Counted from the first letter of the stretch, positions 9,572 to 17,078 are shown. The stretch: DNA of 24,000 nucleotides from an uncultured Clostridia bacterium (GCA_944372505.1 CALVZK010000001.1:22555-46554); one strand, 5' to 3'. Notes: generated from the letters alone by a model not told the origin. Numbers and translations are program-made.

Positions 9572-10082
9572 ATTCAAGGCACTATACGAAAAAATAAAGA
9601 AAGTAAAACATATACAAATTTATATTGCCATTGGACTTGCCGTGATTATTGCTCTCATATATTTTTCAACAGTATTCAATAAGCCTAAAGAATCCTCCTC
9701 TACAAAAGATGACAATATTTCTAAAGAATTTTCTTCTTCTTTGGAATATGTAGACTATCTTGAGAATAAACTTGAAAATGTATTAACTAAAGTTAAAGGG
9801 GCAGGAGATGTAGAAGTAATAATTACTTTAGAAAAAGGCTTTGAATATGTCTATGTTACAGAAGAAGAAACACGTACAACCTCTAATGGAACAACAGTTA
9901 CTACCTCAACAGTCGTTTTAGTAGATGGACAACCTGTACTTGAAGAAGAAATCTATCCAATCATTAGCGGACTTGTAGTTGTGGCTAGTGGCGCCGATAA
10001 TATTAACGTAAAAATGAATATTTTAAGCGTTATTCAAACTGTGATAGATATTGATAACTCAAAGATTAATATTTTAAGTTAA
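9561..10082 (+). CDS. spoIIIAG: Stage III sporulation protein AG
   Basis: The product is 173 aa. It overlaps spoIIIAF by 11 nt and has SD GAGGAGG. One N-terminal TM segment is followed by a ring-building-type C-terminal domain (GAGDVEVIITLE...ISGLVVVASGADN). Confidence 0.8.
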   Translation: MTDKFKALYEKIKKVKHIQIYIAIGLAVIIALIYFSTVFNKPKESSSTKDDNISKEFSSSLEYVDYLENKLENVLTKVKGAGDVEVIITLEKGFEYVYVTEEETRTTSNGTTVTTSTVVLVDGQPVLEEEIYPIISGLVVVASGADNINVKMNILSVIQTVIDIDNSKINILS

Positions 10083-10095
10083 AAAAGGAGTGAAT

Positions 10096-10566
10096 ATGAA
10101 AAAGAGAACTAAAATAATTATTATTGCTGTAATGGTACTTCTTTTAGGAGTTACCGGATACTTAAATGTCATGCTTAATAAATCTGTTTCAAATAATAAC
10201 AATGATACTGTTACTACTTCTAGTTATTTTCAAACTTATAGAACAGATAGAGAATCAACACGTGATCAAGAGATGTTATATTATGATGCAATTATAGCAA
10301 GCGAAACTTCTTCACAAGAAGCTATTACTAATGCTGAAAATGCTAAACTTGCTTTAATCGATCAAATGGAACAGGAATTAATTGTAGAAGGTCTTATTAA
10401 ATCTAAAGGCTTTGAAGATTGTGTTATTACAATTTCTGATTCTAATATTAATGCAGTAGTTAAAGCTGCAGAACTTACTTCTAGCGAAGTTGCTCAAATA
10501 GTTTCTGTAATACAATCTCAACTTTCTGTAGGCATTGAAAATATAAAAATTATTCCAGTAGAATAA
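10096..10566 (+). CDS. spoIIIAH: Stage III sporulation protein AH
   Basis: The product is 156 aa from ATG 10096 (SD AAGGAG ends 5 nt upstream), and the track GTG at 10090 overlaps the SD. It has an N-terminal TM segment and then a soluble domain, and is the last gene of the operon. Confidence 0.72.
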   Translation: MKKRTKIIIIAVMVLLLGVTGYLNVMLNKSVSNNNNDTVTTSSYFQTYRTDRESTRDQEMLYYDAIIASETSSQEAITNAENAKLALIDQMEQELIVEGLIKSKGFEDCVITISDSNINAVVKAAELTSSEVAQIVSVIQSQLSVGIENIKIIPVE

Positions 10567-10596
10567 TTGCAATATTTTACAATAATATGTTATAAT
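10567..10596 (+). promoter_or_regulatory. Candidate sigma-A promoter (extended -10) for asp23-nusB-xseA-proS-xseB
   Basis: TTGCAA (10567-10572), 18 nt spacer, then TGtTATAAT with TATAAT at 10591-10596. The ATG at 10617 follows with SD AGAGGTG. Confidence 0.55.
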
Positions 10597-10616
10597 ACAA
10601 AAGATAGAGGTGTAAG

Positions 10617-10979
10617 ATGACTAAAACGAAGAAAAAGTTGCCTAGTAAAGGAAAAGTTGAAATTGATAGAGATATACTTCTTTCCATTATCAACTTGGCT
10701 ACTAAAGAAATTAATGGAGTCCATTCTTTAACCAATGATTATCTTCCTTTATATAAAAAAATGGTTAAGCCTAAAACGGAAGGTGTTAGTATAAAATTTG
10801 ATATTAATGGAAATTTAACTGTTGATGTTTACATTAAAGTTTACATTGGGTATAGTGTTCCAGATATTGCCTACAGAGTGCAAGAAAATATCAAAAACTC
10901 GCTATCTTCAATGGTTGGGCTTAACCCAGGTAAAATCAATGTTCATGTTTATGGCGTTGAATGTGATGAGGAAGTTTAA
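10617..10979 (+). CDS. Asp23/Gls24-family (alkaline shock protein-like, YqhY-like) protein
   Basis: The product is 120 aa. It shows the DUF322/Asp23 pattern (VEIDRDILLSIINLATKEINGVHSL...VDVYIKVYIGYSVPDIAYRVQENIK...INVHVYGV). Its position upstream of nusB matches yqhY in Bacillus. Confidence 0.8.
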   Translation: MTKTKKKLPSKGKVEIDRDILLSIINLATKEINGVHSLTNDYLPLYKKMVKPKTEGVSIKFDINGNLTVDVYIKVYIGYSVPDIAYRVQENIKNSLSSMVGLNPGKINVHVYGVECDEEV

Positions 10980-10980
10980 C

Positions 10981-11367
10981 ATGAGAAATGATGCAAGACA
11001 ACTTGCTTTCCAACTTATTTATGAAAGACTTTTCGTTAAACAATATTTTGACGAAGAGTTTTTTGCTATTTTAAGTAAAGAAGAAGACAAACAATTTTCA
11101 TCTGAAATAATTTCATTTTATGAAAAAAACAAAGAACAACTGAAAGAAATAGTATCAAAACATTTAATAGGTTATGAAATTGACAGAGTTTACAAAGTTG
11201 ATTTAGCATTAATCTATGAGGCATTAACCGAAATTTTATATTTAAAAACACCAAAACAGGTAGCTATAAACGAAGTTATTAACTTGGCTAAAAAATTTTC
11301 CACAGAAAAAAGTAGTAAATTTATAAATGGAGTTTTATCTTCTATTATAAGAGACTTAGAAATATAA
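10981..11367 (+). CDS. nusB: Transcription antitermination factor NusB
   Basis: The start is ATG 10981 (MRNDARQLAFQLIYE...), 1 nt after the asp23 stop. The track start at 10822 would overlap asp23 in another frame with non-NusB sequence. The C-terminal KFINGVLSSI motif is present. Confidence 0.88.
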   Translation: MRNDARQLAFQLIYERLFVKQYFDEEFFAILSKEEDKQFSSEIISFYEKNKEQLKEIVSKHLIGYEIDRVYKVDLALIYEALTEILYLKTPKQVAINEVINLAKKFSTEKSSKFINGVLSSIIRDLEI

Positions 11368-11369
11368 AA

Positions 11370-12551
11370 ATGAAACAAGCAATAAGCGTAACAAAATTTA
11401 ATAATTATATTAAACAGATTTTTGATAGTGAAGAACTTCTACATAACATTTCTATAGTAGGAGAAGTTTTTGGTGTTAGTATATCGAGAAATGTCATATA
11501 TTTTTCTTTAAAAGACGATACATCTTCATTGGCATGCGTTTGTTTCTATCCTAATCTAATAAATCAATTACAAGAAGGTAATAAAGTAATAATAACTGGT
11601 TCTCCCAATTATTACACAAAAGCAGGCAAATTAAACTTTAATGTAAATCAAGTTGAAAAAACTGGACAAGGGGAATTATATGAAAATTTCTTAAAATTAA
11701 AACAAAAACTTGAAGAAGAAGGACTTTTTGATAACAACAAAAAGAAACCATTCCCTAAAGAAATAAAAAGAATAGGTGTAATCACATCTAGGGAAGGAGC
11801 AGTAATACAAGACATAAAAAATGTTACATGGAGAAGAAATCCATCAATAGACATAGTACTATATAATACTAAAGTACAAGGTAATTTAGCAGACAAAGAA
11901 ATTGCTAAAGGTATAGAAATTATGGGCAAGTATGATAAAATAGATGTAATTGTCGTTGCTAGAGGAGGAGGCTCATTGGAGGATTTATCCGCTTATAATA
12001 CAGAATTAGTCGCTCGAGCAGCATTTGATTGTCCCAAATTTCTAGTTTCTGCTGTAGGACATGAAACTGATTACACTATAATAGATTTTGTAAGTGATTT
12101 TCGAGCACCCACGCCTTCTGCAGCCGCCGAAATATTAACAAAAGATTTAAATCAAACAAAATTTAATTTTAATATTGTTATAAACAATTTAATAAAAGCT
12201 TATTCTAATTTTATTAAAAATAAAAAAAATATATTAAGAACAAATTCTTCAAAATTATTGACTTTAACAGATAAAAATATTTTAACTGCACAAGCAAAAT
12301 TAATAAATAATTCTAATCTTTTTGTAAATACATTTGAAAGATTTTTAAATTGTAAATATTATGATTTAGGTTTAAATGAAGTAAAATTAAATAAAAATAA
12401 TCCAGTTGAAATTTTAAACAGAGGATTTGCTAAAATTGAACAAAATAAAGAAAGTATTAAATCAATTAAAAACATTGATTTTAATAAAGAATTAAGTATA
12501 ATCTTTAAAGATGGAAATATTACAGCTAAACCTATAAAAAAGGAGAAATAA
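11370..12551 (+). CDS. xseA: Exodeoxyribonuclease VII large subunit
   Basis: The product is 393 aa. It has an N-terminal OB fold (SVTKFNNYIKQIFDSEELLHNISIVGEV), a catalytic core (IGVITSREGAVIQD, VARGGGSLEDL, SAVGHETDYTIIDFVSDFRAPTPSAAAE) and a long helical tail. Confidence 0.92.
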   Translation: MKQAISVTKFNNYIKQIFDSEELLHNISIVGEVFGVSISRNVIYFSLKDDTSSLACVCFYPNLINQLQEGNKVIITGSPNYYTKAGKLNFNVNQVEKTGQGELYENFLKLKQKLEEEGLFDNNKKKPFPKEIKRIGVITSREGAVIQDIKNVTWRRNPSIDIVLYNTKVQGNLADKEIAKGIEIMGKYDKIDVIVVARGGGSLEDLSAYNTELVARAAFDCPKFLVSAVGHETDYTIIDFVSDFRAPTPSAAAEILTKDLNQTKFNFNIVINNLIKAYSNFIKNKKNILRTNSSKLLTLTDKNILTAQAKLINNSNLFVNTFERFLNCKYYDLGLNEVKLNKNNPVEILNRGFAKIEQNKESIKSIKNIDFNKELSIIFKDGNITAKPIKKEK

Positions 12552-12554
12552 AAA

Positions 12555-14270
12555 ATGAGAATTACAAAATTAGTAGGCGAAAGATTAAAAGATACTCCAA
12601 ATGGTATTGTTTCAAAAAGTCATAATTTATTATTGCGTGCCGGTTATATAAAACAAGTAAGTAATGGAATTTATACTTTAATGCCTGCTGCTCAAAAAGT
12701 TAGTTTAAAAATCATTAATATAATTAGAGACGAAATGAATAAAATAGGCGGACAAGAAGTTCTTATGCCAATTGTTATGCCTAAAGAACTTTGGGAAAAA
12801 AGTGGTCGTTATAACTCAATTGGTACAGAAATGGTTAGATTTAAAGATAGAAATAATCATGATATGCTTTTGGGTATGACTCATGAAGAAGCAGCAGTTC
12901 ATCTTTGTCAAAATACCATAAAAAGTTATGACCAACTTCCTTTCATGATCTATCAAATACAGACCAAATTTAGAGATGAAGCTAGACCTAGAGCAGGGTT
13001 GTTAAGAGTCAGAGAATTTACTATGAAAGACGCATATTCTTTTCATATAAATCAAGATGATTTAGAAAATTATTATCAAGTTGTATACAAATCATACTTA
13101 AATATTTTTAGAAGAATGGGAATGAAAAATTGCATTGCTGTATCTTCTGATAGTGGAATGATGGGAGGTAAAAAGGCAGACGAATTTCAACTTCTTGTAG
13201 ATGCTGGGGAAGATAATATTGTTATATGTCCAAATTGTGGATATAAGGCAAATATGGAAATAGCGCTTTCTCAATATGATAATGTTAATTTTGAAGATAA
13301 AAAATTAGAAGAAATATATACTGGAAAAGCAAAAAGTATAGATGAAGTTTGCAACTTTTTAAAAGTTAGCCCTAAACAAACGATTAAAGCCGTTTGCTAT
13401 GCTATTGAAGGAGATTCCAACTCTATTGTCATAGCATTCATAAGAGGGGATAAAGAAATTAATGAGGCAAAATTAAAAAATATATTAAAAAAAGAAATTG
13501 TTGTCAAAGATTTAAGTGATACAAATTTAGTTAAAGGAAATATAGGTCCAATATCTCTAAATATAAATGGCTTGACAACAATATTTGATAAATCTTTAGA
13601 AGGATTGTGTGGACTTGTTTGTGGAGCAAATAAAGACGAATACCATTTAATTAATGTTAATGTCACGAGAGATATAAGTCCTAAGGAATTTTTTGATATA
13701 GCAAAAGTTTGTGACGGAGAAAAATGTATAAGATGTGGACATACCTTAGAAATAAAAAAAGGAATAGAGGTAGGAAATATTTTTCAATTAGGAACAAAAT
13801 ATTCAAAGAGCATGGCTATGACTGTTCAAGATGCAAACGGAAATCAAATCAATCCTATAATGGGTTGTTATGGTATAGGAGTTGGAAGATGTTTAGCAGG
13901 AATAGTTGAGGAAAATTCAGACGACAAAGGTATAATATGGCCTATAAACATAGCTCCTTGGGAAATCTATTTATGTCCTTTAAGGATAGATGAAGAAAAT
14001 GTCTATAAAGAATCTGAAAATTTATATAAAAAATTATCTTCTAATTTTGAAGTTCTTTATGATGATAGGAATGTTTCTGCGGGAATAAAATTTAATGAAA
14101 GTGAATTAATGGGAATACCTATTAGATTGGTAATAAGCCCAAAAAGTCTTAAATTATCTCACGCAGAAATTTCAATAAGAAAAACAGGTGAAAAATTATT
14201 TGTTGAATTAGATAATTTAGAAATCAAATTAAAAGAAATTATAGAAAATTTAAGGAGTAAAAATGAATAA
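12555..14270 (+). CDS. proS: Prolyl-tRNA synthetase (bacterial type with INS editing domain)
   Basis: The product is 571 aa with SD AAGGAG inside the xseA 3' end. It has class II motifs (FRDEARPRAGLLRVREFTMKDAYSF; GIEVGNIFQLGTKYS; GCYGIGVGR), a central insertion domain and a C-terminal anticodon-binding domain. Confidence 0.93.
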   Translation: MRITKLVGERLKDTPNGIVSKSHNLLLRAGYIKQVSNGIYTLMPAAQKVSLKIINIIRDEMNKIGGQEVLMPIVMPKELWEKSGRYNSIGTEMVRFKDRNNHDMLLGMTHEEAAVHLCQNTIKSYDQLPFMIYQIQTKFRDEARPRAGLLRVREFTMKDAYSFHINQDDLENYYQVVYKSYLNIFRRMGMKNCIAVSSDSGMMGGKKADEFQLLVDAGEDNIVICPNCGYKANMEIALSQYDNVNFEDKKLEEIYTGKAKSIDEVCNFLKVSPKQTIKAVCYAIEGDSNSIVIAFIRGDKEINEAKLKNILKKEIVVKDLSDTNLVKGNIGPISLNINGLTTIFDKSLEGLCGLVCGANKDEYHLINVNVTRDISPKEFFDIAKVCDGEKCIRCGHTLEIKKGIEVGNIFQLGTKYSKSMAMTVQDANGNQINPIMGCYGIGVGRCLAGIVEENSDDKGIIWPINIAPWEIYLCPLRIDEENVYKESENLYKKLSSNFEVLYDDRNVSAGIKFNESELMGIPIRLVISPKSLKLSHAEISIRKTGEKLFVELDNLEIKLKEIIENLRSKNE

Positions 14271-14478
14271 CATATCTTATGAAGAGGCAACTGATAAACT
14301 TGATAATATAATAAACAAAATAGAAAGCGGAAATATATCTATGGATGAAGCTTTAAAAGAATTAGATGAGGGGCTAAAATTAATTAAATATTGTTATACA
14401 AAACTTGATCAAGCAAAGGGTAAACTAACAGAAATAAAAATAACATTGAATGGTTTAGAGGAAACACAAGAAGATTAA
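14263..14478 (+). CDS. xseB: Exodeoxyribonuclease VII small subunit
   Basis: The product is 71 aa with the helical-hairpin pattern SYEEATDKLDNIINKIESGNISMDEALKELDEGLKLIKYCYTKLDQAKGKL. The ATG overlaps the proS 3' end by 8 nt, and SD is AAGGAG. Confidence 0.88.
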   Translation: MNNISYEEATDKLDNIINKIESGNISMDEALKELDEGLKLIKYCYTKLDQAKGKLTEIKITLNGLEETQED

Positions 14479-14514
14479 TACATATTTATAATTAATAAAT
14501 CATAAATTAATCAT

Positions 14515-15075
14515 GTGAAAAGATATTATAAAATAGAAATACAAAACTATTCCAGAGCAAAAAAAATAATATGGGCAATTAAAATGTTTTTTATTGCAAT
14601 ATCTTTATCGTTATTCTTCGGATTTATAAGTCAAACATTATTATCTAGCATGGGAATAATAGTAGCATCAATAGGTATAACCATTTTTATATTTTTTTCT
14701 GTATTATTTGATATGATTGGTATAGCTACCACAAGTGCGGATATTGAAATATTTAAAAAATGGATTAAAGAAAATAAAAAAGGAGCTAGCACTGGATACA
14801 TTTTATGTAAACACTCTGAAAAAGTTTGTTCATTTTGTGCAGATGTTATAGGAGATATATGCAGTACATTATGTGGAGCAGGCGGTGCATGCATTGTAGT
14901 AACATTAACTCAAAATTTATACAACAATCATTTAATAATTTTAATTTCAATCAGTGTATCAGCATTAATAGCAGGAATAACAATATTCTTTAAGGCACTA
15001 ATGAAAGAATATGCTTTGAAAAATAACAATAAAATAATATTAAAAATAGGAAAAATATTAGAAAGATTTAATTAA
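14515..15075 (+). CDS. Hypothetical polytopic membrane protein with Cys-rich segment (possibly DUF21/CNNM-like TM domain)
   Basis: The product is 186 aa with about 4 hydrophobic segments. It has a six-Cys cluster, C-x6-C-x2-C-x7-C-x3-C-x5-C (residues 98-126). The start is uncertain: GTG 14515 has no SD, and the in-frame ATG at 14581 also lacks one. The family guess rests only on weak pattern resemblance. Confidence 0.5.
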   Translation: MKRYYKIEIQNYSRAKKIIWAIKMFFIAISLSLFFGFISQTLLSSMGIIVASIGITIFIFFSVLFDMIGIATTSADIEIFKKWIKENKKGASTGYILCKHSEKVCSFCADVIGDICSTLCGAGGACIVVTLTQNLYNNHLIILISISVSALIAGITIFFKALMKEYALKNNNKIILKIGKILERFN

Positions 15076-15089
15076 AATGAAAAAAAACG

Positions 15090-15118
15090 TTGACAATGAC
15101 GAATCATTATGATAAAAT
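15090..15118 (+). promoter_or_regulatory. Sigma-A promoter of the infC-rpmI-rplT operon
   Basis: Consensus TTGACA (15090-15095), 17 nt spacer, then TAAAAT (15113-15118) preceded by TGa (extended -10). Confidence 0.7.
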
Positions 15119-15124
15119 AGTCGC

Positions 15125-15251
15125 ATGAAAGTAGAAGTTCCACTTCTCACCAGTTGGCAATTATGGCTTAACTAGGTAAAAAACTTAAATATAAAAAACT
15201 TTTATTATGTATTTAGTTTTGGTGGAATTTTATGCTTCCACCAAATTTTTA
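15125..15251 (+). promoter_or_regulatory. infC leader: L20-leader-like transcription attenuator
   Basis: A leader of about 125 nt lies between the predicted +1 and the infC SD. It ends in a terminator hairpin. An upstream TTCCAC (15138-15143) is identical to part of the terminator 3' arm and could pair with the 5' arm GTGGAA instead. This position and architecture match the Firmicutes L20 leader (Rfam RF00558), but no covariance-model check was possible. Confidence 0.55.
15218..15250 (+). terminator. Intrinsic terminator/attenuator immediately upstream of infC
   Basis: A 10-bp stem TTTGGTGGAA / TTCCACCAAA (15218-15227 / 15236-15245) with an 8-nt loop, then TTTTT (15246-15250). The infC SD follows directly. 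Confidence 0.8.
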
Positions 15252-15270
15252 TTAAAAGGGGATTATAACA

Positions 15271-15786
15271 ATTTTTAAGGAACTTTTAACAAACGAACAA
15301 ATAATAGCAAAAGAAGTTCGTTTAATTGGAGAAAATGGAGAGCAATTAGGATTGCTTTCAAGAACTGAAGCGCTCAATATTGCTGAAGAGCGTGGATATG
15401 ATTTAGTGCTAATGTCTGCAACTTCAAACCCACCAGTATGCAAACTTTTAAATTATGGCAAGTTCAAATATGAAGCATTAAAAAAAGAAAAAGAGATGAA
15501 AAAATCTCAAAAAATAATAGAAACAAAAGAGGTGCGTTTATCAATGACTATAGAAGAACATGATATCGCATATCGTGTTTCAAGTGCAACAAAATTCTTA
15601 AAAGAAGGAAATAAAGTTAAAGTTACTCTAAAAATGAAAGGAAGAGAGCAAGCATATGTAAAAAAAGCCATAGAAATTGTAAAAGAATTCTGTTCTAGAG
15701 TTAGTGAATATGGATTAACGGAAAAAGAACCTGAACTTTTAGGAAGAAACATTTTTGTTGTTATAAGCCCAAAAAAGTCAAAATAA
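15271..15786 (+). CDS. infC: Translation initiation factor IF-3 (non-canonical ATT start)
   Basis: The conserved IF-3 N-terminus (NEQIIAKEVRLIGENGEQLGL) lies upstream of the track TTG start at 15352. Between the in-frame TAA (15253-15255) and 15352 there is no ATG, GTG or TTG. ATT 15271 sits 9 nt after SD AAAGGGG and gives 171 aa. Confidence 0.85.
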   Translation: MFKELLTNEQIIAKEVRLIGENGEQLGLLSRTEALNIAEERGYDLVLMSATSNPPVCKLLNYGKFKYEALKKEKEMKKSQKIIETKEVRLSMTIEEHDIAYRVSSATKFLKEGNKVKVTLKMKGREQAYVKKAIEIVKEFCSRVSEYGLTEKEPELLGRNIFVVISPKKSK

Positions 15787-15799
15787 AAGGAGAAAAATT

Positions 15800-15994
15800 A
15801 TGCCAAAACAAAAAACACATAGTGGATGCAAAAAGCGTTTTCATTTAACTGCAAGTGGGCAAGTAAAATTTGCAAGACCCGGTAAAGGTCATTTTCTTGC
15901 AAAAAAATCTAAATCAATTAAAAGAAAATTAAGAAAGGGCTCTTACATTAAAGGTCAAAATACAGAAAATATTAAGACCCTTTTGGCTAAATAA
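15800..15994 (+). CDS. rpmI: 50S ribosomal protein L35
   Basis: The product is a 64-aa, highly basic protein, [14 protein letters not shown]...[11 protein letters not shown] is AAGGAG, and its position between infC and rplT is conserved. Confidence 0.95.
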   Translation: MPKQKTHSGCKKRFHLTASGQVKFARPGKGHFLAKKSKSIKRKLRKGSYIKGQNTENIKTLLAK

Positions 15995-16005
15995 GGAGGA
16001 ATGAG

Positions 16006-16347
16006 ATGAGAATTAAAAGATCAGTAAATGCATTAAAAAAACGCCGTTCTATTCTTAAAAGTGCTAAAGGATATAGAGGAGCCAAATCTAAATTATATAG
16101 AACAGCAAAACAGCAAGTAATGAGAAGCGGGCAATATGCTTATATTGGAAGAAAATTAAAGAAAAGAAACTTTAGAGCACTTTGGATAACAAGAATAAAT
16201 GCTGGATGTAGACAAAACGGAATATCTTATTCAAGATTTATTTCTGGATTAAAAAATAAGGGAATTGAACTTAATAGAAAAGTTCTTGCTGATATGGCAG
16301 TTAGAGAGCCTGAAGCTTTTGCTGCTTTGGTAGGTCAAGTTAAATAA
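16006..16347 (+). CDS. rplT: 50S ribosomal protein L20
   Basis: The product is 113 aa, [38 protein letters not shown]...[11 protein letters not shown] is AAGGAGG. Confidence 0.95.
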   Translation: MRIKRSVNALKKRRSILKSAKGYRGAKSKLYRTAKQQVMRSGQYAYIGRKLKKRNFRALWITRINAGCRQNGISYSRFISGLKNKGIELNRKVLADMAVREPEAFAALVGQVK

Positions 16348-17078
16348 TGCAGAAGGCAACTAATAATTTAATAAGAGAATTAAAAAAGCAAAAACGAGAA
16401 TCTTGTTCTTTGCTTTTTTTGGATAATATTAAAATTATAAAAGACGCATTAAAGCTAGGTTTAAACCCAAAATATATTTTAGTAGAAAGCAACAAAAAAG
16501 AATTGTTTCCAAATTATGACAATATAAAATATATAGTGGAAAATAAAATAATAAAACAATTATCAGATAGCACAACACCACAAGGAGTAGTTTGTATTAT
16601 AGAATACATACAAGATAAATTAATGAATCCAAAAACTAACTTTTTAGTTTTAGATAGTTTACAAGATCCCGGAAATGTTGGAGCATTAATCAGAACAGCT
16701 TGCGCCTGTGGTTTTAATGATATATATTTGATTGATAGTGTTAAAGTAAACAATTCAAAATTAATAAGAAGTAGTGCGGGAACGATTTTTTTATCAAACA
16801 TATATTCATGTACAAAAAAACAATTCATTGATTTAGTAAATACTAATAGTTTATATTTAATAAAAACAGATATGAAAGGAGAAAATATCTTCAATTTTAA
16901 TTTTAAAGTAGAAAAAATAGGATTAGTTATTGGTAACGAAGGTAATGGAGTAAGCAAAGATATCGAAAAAATTTGTAAACAAACAGTTTCTATACCTATG
17001 CTAAATAGTGTTGAAAGTTTAAATGCCTCTATTTCTGGTTCTATCATTATGTATGAAATAGCAAAATCTAAATTTTAA
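16347..17078 (+). CDS. TrmH/SpoU-family RNA 2'-O-methyltransferase
   Basis: The product is 243 aa. SpoU motifs are present: LDSLQDPGNVGALIRTACACGF, LVIGNEGNGVS and IPMLNSVESLNASISGSIIMYE. The ATG overlaps the rplT stop (TAATG). Confidence 0.82.
   Translation: MQKATNNLIRELKKQKRESCSLLFLDNIKIIKDALKLGLNPKYILVESNKKELFPNYDNIKYIVENKIIKQLSDSTTPQGVVCIIEYIQDKLMNPKTNFLVLDSLQDPGNVGALIRTACACGFNDIYLIDSVKVNNSKLIRSSAGTIFLSNIYSCTKKQFIDLVNTNSLYLIKTDMKGENIFNFNFKVEKIGLVIGNEGNGVSKDIEKICKQTVSIPMLNSVESLNASISGSIIMYEIAKSKF

Noticed and set aside
10822-10980. Track ORF 10822-11367 would extend NusB 53 aa upstream, overlapping the Asp23-family gene.
   Set aside because: The extension is out of frame with, and nested in, a well-supported gene, and its sequence is not NusB-like. 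The NusB N-terminus MRNDARQLAFQLIYE starts at ATG 10981, 1 nt after the asp23 stop.
12552-12554. I looked for a T-box leader upstream of proS and a preQ1 riboswitch upstream of queA (20483-20504) or tgt (21555-21607).
   Set aside because: The gaps are 3 nt and 22 nt for proS and queA, which is too short for any riboswitch. The 53-nt tgt spacer lacks the C-rich core and A-rich tail I recall from preQ1-I aptamers.
13724-13909. A 61-aa + strand ORF in an alternative frame inside proS.
   Set aside because: It is nested in the ProRS catalytic core (GIEVGNIFQLGTKYS region). The translation is basic and low-complexity, with no SD.
16514-17047. Long antisense ORFs opposite well-supported genes. Examples are 16514-17047 (177 aa), 672-1010, 22153-22491, 19855-20148, 7562-7843, 8008-8268, 8758-9027, 11648-11929, 13397-13666 and 14631-14894.
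   Set aside because: Each lies entirely inside a + strand gene that has clear family motifs. None has an SD or promoter, and the translations are low-complexity (I/F/S/L/K-rich) with no recognisable motifs. Open antisense frames like these are a known artefact of AT-rich codon usage.
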